NCBI GenBank assembly: GCA_046483495.1
Contig: JAWODC010000001.1
Location: 64,001 to 128,000, forward strand
Source of the DNA: Desulfobacterales bacterium
GTDB taxonomy: Bacteria > Desulfobacterota > Desulfobacteria > Desulfobacterales > UBA5616
Direction: 5' to 3'
DNA length: 64,000 bases
The notes beneath the pieces are model-generated. The model saw only the letters and a program-made list of their open reading frames with translations. It was not told the DNA's origin and did no database searches. The first letter of the stretch is position 1. Each line of letters begins with the position of its first letter. Positions 1 through 9,253 of this stretch are shown here, in pieces. Both the position numbers and the translations under genes were made by a program.

Positions 1-294
1 GATGGACCCGACGGCCCCGATTACACCTGCGTTATTGACCATACAATCAAGCCGCCCGAATTCACTGACGGCAAAGTCCACAGCAGCCGACACATCCGTT
101 TCCCGTGTCACATCCGTTTGAACAAATCGCGCCCGTCCGCCGAGTTCCGACGCCAATGCCACACCGGCATCTGTTTGGATATCGGCAATAACGACCGATG
201 CCCCTTCTTCTGCAAACAATTTCGCAGTCCCGGCGCCAATTCCACATGAGCCGCCGGTGATAACGGCGCTTTTACCCTCTAACCTGTTCCCCAT
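1..294 (-). CDS. Short-chain dehydrogenase/reductase (SDR), N-terminal part, runs off the left window edge
   Basis: Not in the ORF track. Manual translation from ATG at 294 gives MGNRLEGKSAVITGGSCGIGAGTAKLFAEEGASVVIADI...FGRLDCMVNNAG, with the TGxxxGIG and NNAG motifs; AAAGGA RBS upstream. Confidence 0.9.
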   Translation of the reverse strand, partial: MGNRLEGKSAVITGGSCGIGAGTAKLFAEEGASVVIADIQTDAGVALASELGGRARFVQTDVTRETDVSAAVDFAVSEFGRLDCMVNNAGVIGAVGSI

Positions 295-404
295 TTCGAA
301 TTCCTTTTCTGTTCAGTTAGATGTGATAAAAGAATAAGGTCCGTCCTTGATCCGTGAACCGCGCGGCACTTTTTCTCCTTGTGTCACATGCCGCCGGAGA
401 TGGA

Positions 405-1430
405 TCACGGAGCGATGATTACCTTGCATTGATCGACAGGTTTCTTCAGCGCTTCAAACATTTCCGGGAGTTCATCGAGAGACACCGTGTGGGTGATCAT
501 CGATTCCGGCGTGATCCGTCCCTGTTCAGCCATGTCCAGGGCGAGGCGAAAATCGCGCCATTCATAGCCGACACTGAAACGGATCTCCAGGTTTTTAAAA
601 ACCGCCATACCGGGATGAAACCGGTCCGCAGCGTTGCACACACCGGCCACCACAATCCGGCCGCCCGAGGGGGCCAATTCGATACATTCCTGAATCATTC
701 CAGGGACGCCGACGGCTTCGACGATCAGGTCCGGCGCCGCTCCCGTTTTTTTGGCAAATGCCGCGCCCACATCTTTTTCCTCGTTGATGTCAATGACATC
801 GTCTGCCCCCATTTTCAGTGCAAGCCGCATTCTCTCGAAGGAACGCTCGCTGACGAGAACCCGACCCGCACCGCAAAACCTGCTCCAATTTACTGCCGTA
901 AGCCCGATCGGTCCGGCACCCACAACAAGGATATTTTGCCCGGGCGCCACATCAGCCCGTCTGATTGCATAGAGACCGACGGAAAACGGTTCGATACATG
1001 CGGCCGCCTCCCAGGAAACCGTGTCGGGGATTTTAAACGAGACCTTTTTATCGACCAGCACGTATTCGGCATAAGCCCCCTGGGCATTCCTGTATCCCAG
1101 ACCGATGCTCTTGGCCCGTGAGCAGGCTTTTTCGTTTCCTGTCAAACAGGCGTTGCATGTACCGCACACCAGGATCGGGAACACCACAACCCGGTCCCCC
1201 GGGCGCCATTCCGGTTCGGCCCCGGGCCCCACCTCGACGACTTCACCTGAAAATTCATGGCCCAGAACGGTTCCCGGTTTTGCCAGGCCGAGCTGAACCC
1301 AGTGAAGATCAGTCCCGCATATTCCGCATGCTTTCACTTTCAAAAGGAGTTGATTTTCTCCGGGTCTCGGAACTGCCTGTTCACTGAAGACCAGGCGTTC
1401 ACCAGGCCCCTGCATGATCACGGTTTTCAT
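405..1430 (-). CDS. Zinc-dependent alcohol dehydrogenase (MDR family)
   Basis: CGICGTD, GHEFSG, structural-Zn CGTCNAC..C and GAGPIG motifs. Start placed at MKTVIM (AGAGG RBS); the ORF track extends to 1466. Confidence 0.9.
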   Translation of the reverse strand: MKTVIMQGPGERLVFSEQAVPRPGENQLLLKVKACGICGTDLHWVQLGLAKPGTVLGHEFSGEVVEVGPGAEPEWRPGDRVVVFPILVCGTCNACLTGNEKACSRAKSIGLGYRNAQGAYAEYVLVDKKVSFKIPDTVSWEAAACIEPFSVGLYAIRRADVAPGQNILVVGAGPIGLTAVNWSRFCGAGRVLVSERSFERMRLALKMGADDVIDINEEKDVGAAFAKKTGAAPDLIVEAVGVPGMIQECIELAPSGGRIVVAGVCNAADRFHPGMAVFKNLEIRFSVGYEWRDFRLALDMAEQGRITPESMITHTVSLDELPEMFEALKKPVDQCKVIIAP

Positions 1431-1462
1431 TTTTTTCCTCTTTTCCGAACCGATGGCGGTCG

Positions 1463-2083
1463 TCATTTTTCGGCATCAACACTTTTCGCGGTCGGGTGCG
1501 GCGGTGAAACGATCACCTTTCGAACGGGAAGATCTTTCGCCATTTTTTTCGGCGAAAATATAATCGATGGAATCACCTTTTCGGAACAAACGAACCCTTC
1601 GGCCTGCCTGCAATCCCCGTACTTTTTTTGCAGTTCGTCTAACGGTCCGGCATCGAGGGCTTTCATGATGCAGGCGTCCACACAGATCGGCTTTTTGTTT
1701 TCCGACAGCCTGTCGATGCAAAAATCACATTTCTGCATTTTCGCCTCTTCCCGGAATTCAAATTGCGGCGCCTGGTAGGGGCATGCCATTTTGCATTGTT
1801 TGCAGCCGATGCAGGTTGCCCCATCCACCACAACAACCCCGTCTTCTTCTCTCTTTTTCACGGCGTCAACAGGGCAGACAGCCGTGCAGGCAGGATTTTC
1901 GCAATGGTAGCAGGAGCCAAACACATGATGGACAGACACATCGGGGCAAGTACCCTTCTCGATGCTGATCATACGAATAAAGCTGACCGGGCCGGCGGGA
2001 AGATCGTGCCAGTCTTTGCAGGCTACGATACATGTGCGGCAGTTGATGCACAATTGCTGATTGAAATAGAATCCCATCTGCAT
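1463..2083 (-). CDS. 4Fe-4S dicluster electron-transfer subunit (DmsB-like)
   Basis: MQMGFYFNQQLCINCRTCIVACKDWH, CYHCENPACTAVCP, CIGCKQCKMACPY, KCDFC..C; start refined to ATG 2083. Confidence 0.9.
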   Translation of the reverse strand: MQMGFYFNQQLCINCRTCIVACKDWHDLPAGPVSFIRMISIEKGTCPDVSVHHVFGSCYHCENPACTAVCPVDAVKKREEDGVVVVDGATCIGCKQCKMACPYQAPQFEFREEAKMQKCDFCIDRLSENKKPICVDACIMKALDAGPLDELQKKYGDCRQAEGFVCSEKVIPSIIFSPKKMAKDLPVRKVIVSPPHPTAKSVDAEK

Positions 2084-2093
2084 ACATCTTCCC

Positions 2094-4355
2094 TCAATCG
2101 TTTGCCTTCTCGACTTGCACCCATGCGGTGTTCGTGCAAAAAGCACCCCCCGGCGAGGGTTCATCAGCGATCAACACATTGGGGCAGCCGCCGTGGTCTA
2201 TACCGTTCTCATCAGGATCGTACCAGGCGCCTTCCGGGATATCGACTACCCCCGGCATTATTTTCTCTGTAACCGCCGCCGGAAGGACGGTTTTTCCCCT
2301 GTGGTTGAAAACCAGCACTGCATCCCCGTCCTCGATTCCCCTCGATTTCGCATCGACACCGTTCATAAATACAGACTGCCGTTCCAGTTCTCTCATCCAT
2401 GGAATATTGTCAAATCGGCTATGGGTTCGCCGCCAGTAGTGGGTGGTAATCAGCTGGAGTGGAAAATCTTCACTGCCGCTCTCCCGGCACGCTATGTACT
2501 TTGGAATCGGCGGAACTTTTGAATTGTTCATATCCGCAAGTACCTGGGAAAATATCTCGATTTTTCCGGAAGCTGTCGGAAATTTATGGTGTTCGGGGTC
2601 CTCGATCTGATGTTGAAATGCAATTACCGATTGGGGCGCAACCCGTTGAATGCCGTTTTTTTTAAATGTTTCATACTCTTTTATCTCTTCGATTCTTTCA
2701 ATCGAGCTTTTTAGCCATTCTTCTTCTGTTTTCTCACTAAAATTGGATATCCCCATTTTGGCTGCCAGTTCAGTGGCTATGTCAAACATGGATTTCGATT
2801 CGCCGACGGATTCAATGGCCTTTTCTCGATGGCCGTAAAACGGCAAAAAGGGGCATACGGTCAAATCGTTTCGTTCCAATATCGTATTCTGCGGAAGAAC
2901 AATATCTGCGAACTTGGCAGTAGGCGTCATAAATTGTTCATGCACTACAATGAAATCGAGTTTTTTCATTGCAGCGGCAATTTTATTGGTATTTCCGTAT
3001 TGATTCAGCCAGTTTATGGTTACCAGATAAAGCAGCTTGTAGTCTTCTGGATAACCGCCGCTTCGCCCTTTCAGAACAGCATCTGCAACCCGCACACGGT
3101 TTAAAAACGCGGTGGTTTGCCCGCCGGTATAAAAATGGCCGGGTGCCGGGATGCTGAAGTTTCCTTTTCTCGCCTCTCGATGATAGTAAATGGAATCTTT
3201 TCTCAATGGAGATGCGAGATCAACGGGGTTGTATACGCCCTTTTTCAGGAAACGGTGCACCCCTTCCATAATGACCAGCCTGACTGCGGGGTCCTGGACC
3301 TGCATGGGGCCGCACCCCGCGCTTCCGCCCTCGATACCGATATTGCCCGTCATACCTGCCAATGTTGCCGCGGCACGGTTGAATTGCTCCCCAAAGGCGC
3401 CTCGTGCCGGTGCAAAACCATCCATGAGCGCCGCGGGCCTGCAAGCGGCATATTCCTTGGCCAAATCGGCTATAACAGCCCCTTCTACACCGCATATTCG
3501 CTCCGCCCATGCGGGTGTTTTCGGAATGCCGTCGTTTTTTCCGAGCAGGTATGCCTTGTATTCATTGAACCCGACGGTATATCTGTCCAGAAACGCCTGG
3601 TCCTGAATGCCTTCTTTCAGAATGACGTAGGCCATCGCAATCAGCATGGCCGCATCGGTTCCCGGCCGTATCGGTATCCATCGATCGGCAAGAAGCCTCG
3701 CTGTCTCTGTGTAACGGGGATCGACACATACCGCCCGTACGCCCTTCTCTTTCAGCTGTCTGAAAATGGAAGGCATGTGGCCCCCGTACATTCGAGTCAC
3801 TACCGGGTTCCAGCCCCAAAAAATGATGAATCGAGAGGCCAGAAGATTGTCCCGGCTGTTTGCCGTTACCCCATTGGCAACGCCGTAGGTGGCGTTTGCC
3901 GCAAAATTCGTTCCTTCATCTGAAACAGTGCCGAGCACTCCGGTGTATCCGCCTGCATTTGCAAGCACCCTCTCGATCAATCCCGCATAATGCAGGTGGC
4001 CAAGATCTCCCGAAGAACAAAGAAAAATCCTTGACCCGGCACCATATTCCGCCCGTACGCGGTTCAATTCCGATGCAACTGTTTCAAGGGCCTCATCCCA
4101 GCAAATACGTTTGAACGCTCCTTTCCCACGTTCACCTGTCCGTTTGAGGGGGTGTTTGAGGCGTCCCGGATCGTATACAAGCTGTCGGTAAGCGCGCCCC
4201 TTCAAACATGCCCTGAACTGCGGCTCCGGGCCGTCATCGGTTTCAACCCGGACAATCTTCCCGCCCTGGACATGAAGCTTGAGCACGCACGCGTTTGTGC
4301 AGTGGTCGTGGCATACCGAATAAACGGTCTTTACAGAATCACCCGGCGTTTCCAT
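2094..4355 (-). CDS. Molybdopterin oxidoreductase, DMSO-reductase family (DmsA-like catalytic subunit, no Tat signal)
   Basis: N-terminal CxxxCxxxC..C (CHDHCTNAC...CLKG), FWGWNP, PIRPGTD, ADIVLP and C-terminal molydop-binding domain (RRTHSRF, GVVDIPEGAW). Confidence 0.88.
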   Translation of the reverse strand: METPGDSVKTVYSVCHDHCTNACVLKLHVQGGKIVRVETDDGPEPQFRACLKGRAYRQLVYDPGRLKHPLKRTGERGKGAFKRICWDEALETVASELNRVRAEYGAGSRIFLCSSGDLGHLHYAGLIERVLANAGGYTGVLGTVSDEGTNFAANATYGVANGVTANSRDNLLASRFIIFWGWNPVVTRMYGGHMPSIFRQLKEKGVRAVCVDPRYTETARLLADRWIPIRPGTDAAMLIAMAYVILKEGIQDQAFLDRYTVGFNEYKAYLLGKNDGIPKTPAWAERICGVEGAVIADLAKEYAACRPAALMDGFAPARGAFGEQFNRAAATLAGMTGNIGIEGGSAGCGPMQVQDPAVRLVIMEGVHRFLKKGVYNPVDLASPLRKDSIYYHREARKGNFSIPAPGHFYTGGQTTAFLNRVRVADAVLKGRSGGYPEDYKLLYLVTINWLNQYGNTNKIAAAMKKLDFIVVHEQFMTPTAKFADIVLPQNTILERNDLTVCPFLPFYGHREKAIESVGESKSMFDIATELAAKMGISNFSEKTEEEWLKSSIERIEEIKEYETFKKNGIQRVAPQSVIAFQHQIEDPEHHKFPTASGKIEIFSQVLADMNNSKVPPIPKYIACRESGSEDFPLQLITTHYWRRTHSRFDNIPWMRELERQSVFMNGVDAKSRGIEDGDAVLVFNHRGKTVLPAAVTEKIMPGVVDIPEGAWYDPDENGIDHGGCPNVLIADEPSPGGAFCTNTAWVQVEKAND

Positions 4356-4372
4356 TTTTTATTACCGATCGT

Positions 4373-4849
4373 TTAAGCGACAGGAGAAATACACGTCCGC
4401 ACAGGCAAATACTCCAGGAGTTCAATGACATTCCCGTCAGGATCCCGCCCGTATACAGCCCTCAGGCCCCCAAGTGAATCCTTGGATGGCGGTGTGTGAA
4501 AACGCATGCCGGCATTTTTCAGGCGGTTGAATTCACTGTCAAGGTCATCGACAACAAGGCATATGTGAGTAAAACCGCAATCGCAAACCCGCCTGGAGGA
4601 AAATATCCTCGGTTTTGGGGATCTGAATTCGAAAAATTCGATGATCATTCCCCCCTTTCTCAGCATCAGCACTTTTCCCGCAGAACGTTTAAGTCCGGTT
4701 ACGCCGTCCACCCGATCCCCTGTTGCCGTGTGGGGCCGCCATTCGGCCATTTCCATTTCTACATCAAATCCAAGGGCATCCCGATAAAAGGCGCTTAATC
4801 GCTCGATATCAGGGGTAGAAATCGCTACATGGTGTATTCTGCGAATCAC
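4373..4849 (-). CDS. VOC/glyoxalase family protein (methylmalonyl-CoA-epimerase-like fold)
   Basis: HHVAI...FYRDALG, EFFE, THICL, YGRDPDGNVIELLE; GTG start at 4849 with GAAAGGA RBS. Confidence 0.85.
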   Translation of the reverse strand: MIRRIHHVAISTPDIERLSAFYRDALGFDVEMEMAEWRPHTATGDRVDGVTGLKRSAGKVLMLRKGGMIIEFFEFRSPKPRIFSSRRVCDCGFTHICLVVDDLDSEFNRLKNAGMRFHTPPSKDSLGGLRAVYGRDPDGNVIELLEYLPVRTCISPVA

Positions 4850-4883
4850 ACCCGGGTTCCTTTCTTTTCCGATACCGGAAAAA

Positions 4884-5705
4884 TCAGATATAGAGCAGAC
4901 CGCCATCCACATAAATCGTGGACCCATTTATATTTCTGGCATCTTCCGAACACAGAAAAAGTATGGTATTGGTGACATCCGACATCGTGATCGGCTCGCC
5001 GAGAGCGCTTTGCTTTTTATTGATATACGCATACAGCTGGTCCTCGGGGGTGCCGTTCTTTCCCGAAGTCGCCCTGAGAGCGCCCCTGGTCAGTGATGTC
5101 ATAACCAGGCCGGGGCCCACACAGTTGACGTTTATTTTGTATTTGCCGACCTCCTTGGCCATGGATACCGTCAATGACTCGATGCCTGCCTTTGCAGCCC
5201 CGTAGGGTGCATTTCCGGCCTGACCTTTGGCGCCAATGGAACTGGTATTTACGATTTTGCCGTATTTTTGTTTTATCATGACCGGAAGGGTGTATTTAGA
5301 GCAAAGAAAGGTGCCTTTTAGCATCACATCGACAATCAGGTCCCAGATACCTTCTTTTACCTCCCAGACGGGAACAGCGACGGAAGCGACACCGGCGTTG
5401 TTTATCAGTATGTCTATCCTTCCAAATTTTTCTACAACCCGATTTATCATTTTTTCTACGTCATCTTCCCTGGACACGTCACATTCAATACCGACGGCGT
5501 CACTTCCCAGACTGCGGATTTCCGCCAACACGCTTTCCATGTCGTCCGTGGTCGCCATATCGTATTTCAGCTCTCGTTGCGGCTTGCATATGTCTGCAAT
5601 TGCAACGTTAGCCCCCTCCCGGGCAAACCCGAGTGCGTGCGATTTCCCCAGACCGTTGGCACCACCCGTAATCAGCGCCACCTTGTTTACAAATCGATCA
5701 GCCAT
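4884..5705 (-). CDS. SDR oxidoreductase with a mycofactocin-coupled/carveol-dehydrogenase-like insertion
   Basis: TGGANGLG, NNAG, YGAAK; SHA..F.. followed by the DICKPQRELKYDMATTDD insertion. Confidence 0.85.
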   Translation of the reverse strand: MADRFVNKVALITGGANGLGKSHALGFAREGANVAIADICKPQRELKYDMATTDDMESVLAEIRSLGSDAVGIECDVSREDDVEKMINRVVEKFGRIDILINNAGVASVAVPVWEVKEGIWDLIVDVMLKGTFLCSKYTLPVMIKQKYGKIVNTSSIGAKGQAGNAPYGAAKAGIESLTVSMAKEVGKYKINVNCVGPGLVMTSLTRGALRATSGKNGTPEDQLYAYINKKQSALGEPITMSDVTNTILFLCSEDARNINGSTIYVDGGLLYI

Positions 5706-5850
5706 GAAATGCCACCTTTCCGCGAAAGGACGCTTGCCGTTTATGTGTTAAAAACCGTTTCGCCTGGACAACCGCCATCGGATCTCCTCGCTTTCATGCT
5801 GACGGAATCCGGACGTAGAACCGGAGCACGAATGCGACGCGTTGGAAATG

Positions 5851-6657
5851 CTAACCGACATCCTTGAATTCGGGTTTGCGTTTTTCAAAGTTGGCCTGAA
5901 TGGCTTCAACCTGGTTCGAAGAACCGATGAGGGGCATTATGAGATCCGTCTCCAGCAGTAGCCCGTGCTTTTCGGACCCATGCCATGCTTCATTCAGCAG
6001 TTTTTTTGCAGATCTCACCGCGTGAGGATTTTTATCGGCGATCTCCTCGGCCAACGAAAACGCTTCTGCAAGGGGGTCGTCACATACGCGAGTGACGAGT
6101 CCAAGCCGCGCTGCTTCTTCAGCTGGCAGGATCTTTCCCGTGAACAAGAGTTCTTTGGCAATATCCAAACGGACAAGATCCCGAAGCGTCTGGGACCCGG
6201 ACATATCAGGGATCAACCCCCACTTTATTTCCATTACGGAAAATTTCGCGTCCGGAGAGGCATAGCGGATATCGGCCCCCAATGCTATCTGGCATCCGCC
6301 ACCGAACGCAACCCCATGAACGGCGGCGATAACAGGAACGGGCAATTGTTTCCAACCATGAGCGGAATATTGGCCGAGATTTGCAATGTTGCCGTCCGGT
6401 CGTCTGCTTAAATCATCATTTTCCTGGATGCCCCCGCTTTCCATTTGCTGGAAATACTCGAAATCGAGCCCGGCGCAGAATCCCTTCCCCTCCCCGGACA
6501 AAACTACCGCCCTGACCTGCCTGTTCAACGACAGGTTACGGGCAGCCTCGCCGATAGCCGAAAACATCGCCGGATTCAAGGAATTGTACTTTTCCGGCCG
6601 GTTAAAACTGACATGCGCAATATGATTCTCAATGGTTGTCTTAACAAGTTCCGACAT
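5851..6657 (-). CDS. Enoyl-CoA hydratase/isomerase (crotonase superfamily)
   Basis: NRPEKYN, FCAGLD, AVHGVAFGGGCQIALGAD, MEIKWGLIPDM; start refined to MSELV (6657). Confidence 0.9.
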   Translation of the reverse strand: MSELVKTTIENHIAHVSFNRPEKYNSLNPAMFSAIGEAARNLSLNRQVRAVVLSGEGKGFCAGLDFEYFQQMESGGIQENDDLSRRPDGNIANLGQYSAHGWKQLPVPVIAAVHGVAFGGGCQIALGADIRYASPDAKFSVMEIKWGLIPDMSGSQTLRDLVRLDIAKELLFTGKILPAEEAARLGLVTRVCDDPLAEAFSLAEEIADKNPHAVRSAKKLLNEAWHGSEKHGLLLETDLIMPLIGSSNQVEAIQANFEKRKPEFKDVG

Positions 6658-6688
6658 TATTTTATCCCCCAAAAGTTTAGCTATGTTT

Positions 6689-8644
6689 TTACAGTAAACG
6701 TCCCGTTTCCCTGCCCTCGTCAATTGCGAAAAGCGCCCTTCGAGGCCGTTTGGCATCGCCGATAACATACACTTCCTTGACAGTATTTCCGACAGAGGCA
6801 GACAATGTCTCCACGGACTTTGCCCCCATGGCAAGCACCACCTGATCGATTCTATCGATATCTATTTTTTCTCCATTCCGATCAATAACCACCCGATTGC
6901 TGTGTATTTCCTTTATGGATACACCGGTGAACAGTCGAATATCTTTGTCATAAAGCCGTTGCATCAAAAGTTGCCGGGGCTGTATAGCCATATCTTCGGC
7001 CAAATTATCCGTCATTTCCACAATGGTGACATTTCTCCGCCGAACAGGATATTTTTCCGATGGATGCGAAATAAAATCAGCTGTTTCGCACCCTACCGCC
7101 CCACCTCCGATAATCAAGATATCGTTGGCGTTAACAGCGGATTTGCCTTTAAGCACGTCCCATGCCGTTGTTACACAACCATTTTCAATTCCCGGTATAT
7201 CAGCCGGGACAAAAGGCTCGGCGCCGGTGGCGATAATAACAGCGTCAGGTGCAACATTCCTGACGAGCGATTCATCGACAAAGGCGTTCAACTCCACCGA
7301 AACCCCCTGTTTCTCGATCTGCCCGCGAAGATACTGAATCATTAGGCTGAACTCCTGTTTAAATGGGGGCACACACGCAATATTGATCTGACCGCCTAGC
7401 TTATTATCTTTTTCAAAGAGCAGCACCTCGTGTCCTCGGAGCGATGCAACACGTGCGGCCTCCAATCCCGCCGGTCCTCCTCCAATAATCATGACTTTCT
7501 TCTTTTTTACGGCAGGACCAACAGAGGCCTCTTTCTCCCTGCACCTGGATGGATTCATCGTGCAACTGACGATTCCACGTTCCGGATGACCCATGAAACA
7601 TCCTTCATTATCCCCGATGCAGGGTACAATGTCATCAATTTGACCTGCCGCGGCTTTCCCGGGCAAATCGGGATCAGCAATAAGAGCGCGGCCCATTGAA
7701 ACCATGTCCGCCTTTTTTGAGCGTATCACAAATTCAGCCACCTGGGGCGTATTGATCCGGCCCACGGAAATAATCGGTATCTCCACCACTTTTTTTACGG
7801 CCTCGGAAAGATCTGCATTCATCGCCTGCGGTGAACCTGCCGGAGGAACGACCGCCCAGAATGCTTCAGGAACAGCGCCGCTCGATATTTCGAGGGCATC
7901 TGCGCCGGCGTCTTCAATGATTGGTGCTATAAACTGTGTTTCCTGTATGGTTCTTCCACAAATCACACGGTCGTCACCGGATATCCTTATGATAATGGGA
8001 AAATCATCTCCGGCCCGCTTTTTCGAGGCCTTTATAATATCGGTAAGCAAACGAGTCCGTTGATGCAAAGACCCGCCGTATTCATCCGTTCGTTTATTAA
8101 AAATAGAGGATAAAAAGGCCCCGATCATTGAATACGAATGCGCGGCATGAATCTCTACGGCATCTAATCCTGCCGCCCTTGCACGCTTGACGGCTTCGGC
8201 ATAGTCGTCAATAATGCCCTTGATTTCGTCGCACGAAAGCTCATGTGGTGTTTCCCGAATGTCACGAGCCCAGACTGGTGATGGGCCCACGGCTATACCG
8301 CCAAATTTTCGCCCGCTGTTGGGTCCGGGATCCAGAATTTGTGTTGCCAGTTTGGCACCGTGAACATGAACCCTTTTCGCAAGATCTTCCCATTCCTGTA
8401 TAAAGCAATCGTCATACAAACCCAGTGTATTGGGATAAAACTTTCGAACAGCATTGACAGTAGCAGCTTCTACGATAATAAGGCCCGCGCCCCCCTTCGC
8501 TCGTGCTTCATAGTAATCTTTGGCCCTTTCTGTCAAAAAACCGTCTTTATCCGCAGTAAACGTATGCATGGGCGGCATGACGATTCGGTTTTTAAGTTCA
8601 ACCCTTCCCAATTTAATAGGGCTAAACAGATGCTTGAATTCCAT
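6689..8644 (-). CDS. NADH:flavin oxidoreductase (OYE domain plus FAD/NAD domain), BaiH/2,4-dienoyl-CoA-reductase-like
   Basis: LKNRIVMPPM, HAAHSY, NKRTDEYGGS, GRALIADP, GGGPAGLEAA, GGGAVGCE. Confidence 0.9.
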   Translation of the reverse strand: MEFKHLFSPIKLGRVELKNRIVMPPMHTFTADKDGFLTERAKDYYEARAKGGAGLIIVEAATVNAVRKFYPNTLGLYDDCFIQEWEDLAKRVHVHGAKLATQILDPGPNSGRKFGGIAVGPSPVWARDIRETPHELSCDEIKGIIDDYAEAVKRARAAGLDAVEIHAAHSYSMIGAFLSSIFNKRTDEYGGSLHQRTRLLTDIIKASKKRAGDDFPIIIRISGDDRVICGRTIQETQFIAPIIEDAGADALEISSGAVPEAFWAVVPPAGSPQAMNADLSEAVKKVVEIPIISVGRINTPQVAEFVIRSKKADMVSMGRALIADPDLPGKAAAGQIDDIVPCIGDNEGCFMGHPERGIVSCTMNPSRCREKEASVGPAVKKKKVMIIGGGPAGLEAARVASLRGHEVLLFEKDNKLGGQINIACVPPFKQEFSLMIQYLRGQIEKQGVSVELNAFVDESLVRNVAPDAVIIATGAEPFVPADIPGIENGCVTTAWDVLKGKSAVNANDILIIGGGAVGCETADFISHPSEKYPVRRRNVTIVEMTDNLAEDMAIQPRQLLMQRLYDKDIRLFTGVSIKEIHSNRVVIDRNGEKIDIDRIDQVVLAMGAKSVETLSASVGNTVKEVYVIGDAKRPRRALFAIDEGRETGRLL

Positions 8645-8727
8645 GAGGTATTCTCCGGATTTATGGTTGGTTTACAAGCCTGAACGTTTTAGAAGGATCT
8701 TTGGACGGGTACTGCTTCTCATCTTGA

Positions 8728-9060
8728 TTATTTCAAGACATTTACCCGATATTCGGAGATAAATTCGTCGTCCATTTTCATCAAACCTAATGCATTAAAT
8801 AGAATCCCTCCGATTTCAACATCATATCTCATGGCATTACCATTAAATAGAACGTTTTTTGGGATTAAAGCGCCCTGTGAAGAAAAGACGTTTTTAAAAA
8901 ATTTTTTTATCTTTTCTCGTCCGTTCAGGCTGATAGGTTCCTGGTTCATTTTAACCGGCCCTTCATCAAAGAAGTGAGCATTTTCCGAAAAAAGAGATGC
9001 CATTTTTTCGGCATCTCCTTCCCGCAAACATCGAAGATAATTTTCAAGCATTTTCATCAT
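8728..9060 (-). CDS. NTF2/SnoaL-like small protein
   Basis: Y...L..GD...MASLFSENAHFFD, GREKIKKFF and the C-terminal I..YRV pattern typical of the SnoaL/KSI fold; start refined to 9060. Confidence 0.7.
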   Translation of the reverse strand: MMKMLENYLRCLREGDAEKMASLFSENAHFFDEGPVKMNQEPISLNGREKIKKFFKNVFSSQGALIPKNVLFNGNAMRYDVEIGGILFNALGLMKMDDEFISEYRVNVLK

Positions 9061-9253
9061 GTAAGCCTTTCCAGTAAGATTAATTGTAAAATCGAACCTG
9101 CGGCCATATAGCGCCGCCCCTTGCCGGAAATACACAGCATTTGTAATTTAGACTGCCGCTTTTTTACTACTATAGATTGGCGCATCCATGGCCTTCGGAG
9201 ACATATCGCTCTTATCTGTTCTTCGCCGTGATGCCCACTCGACAAAAGGGGCA

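Noticed and set aside
354..1121. 255-aa plus-strand ORF (and similar long antisense ORFs, e.g. 3117-3923, 49477-50562, 59720-60532)
   Set aside because: They are antisense shadows of well-supported genes and contain no recognisable motifs.
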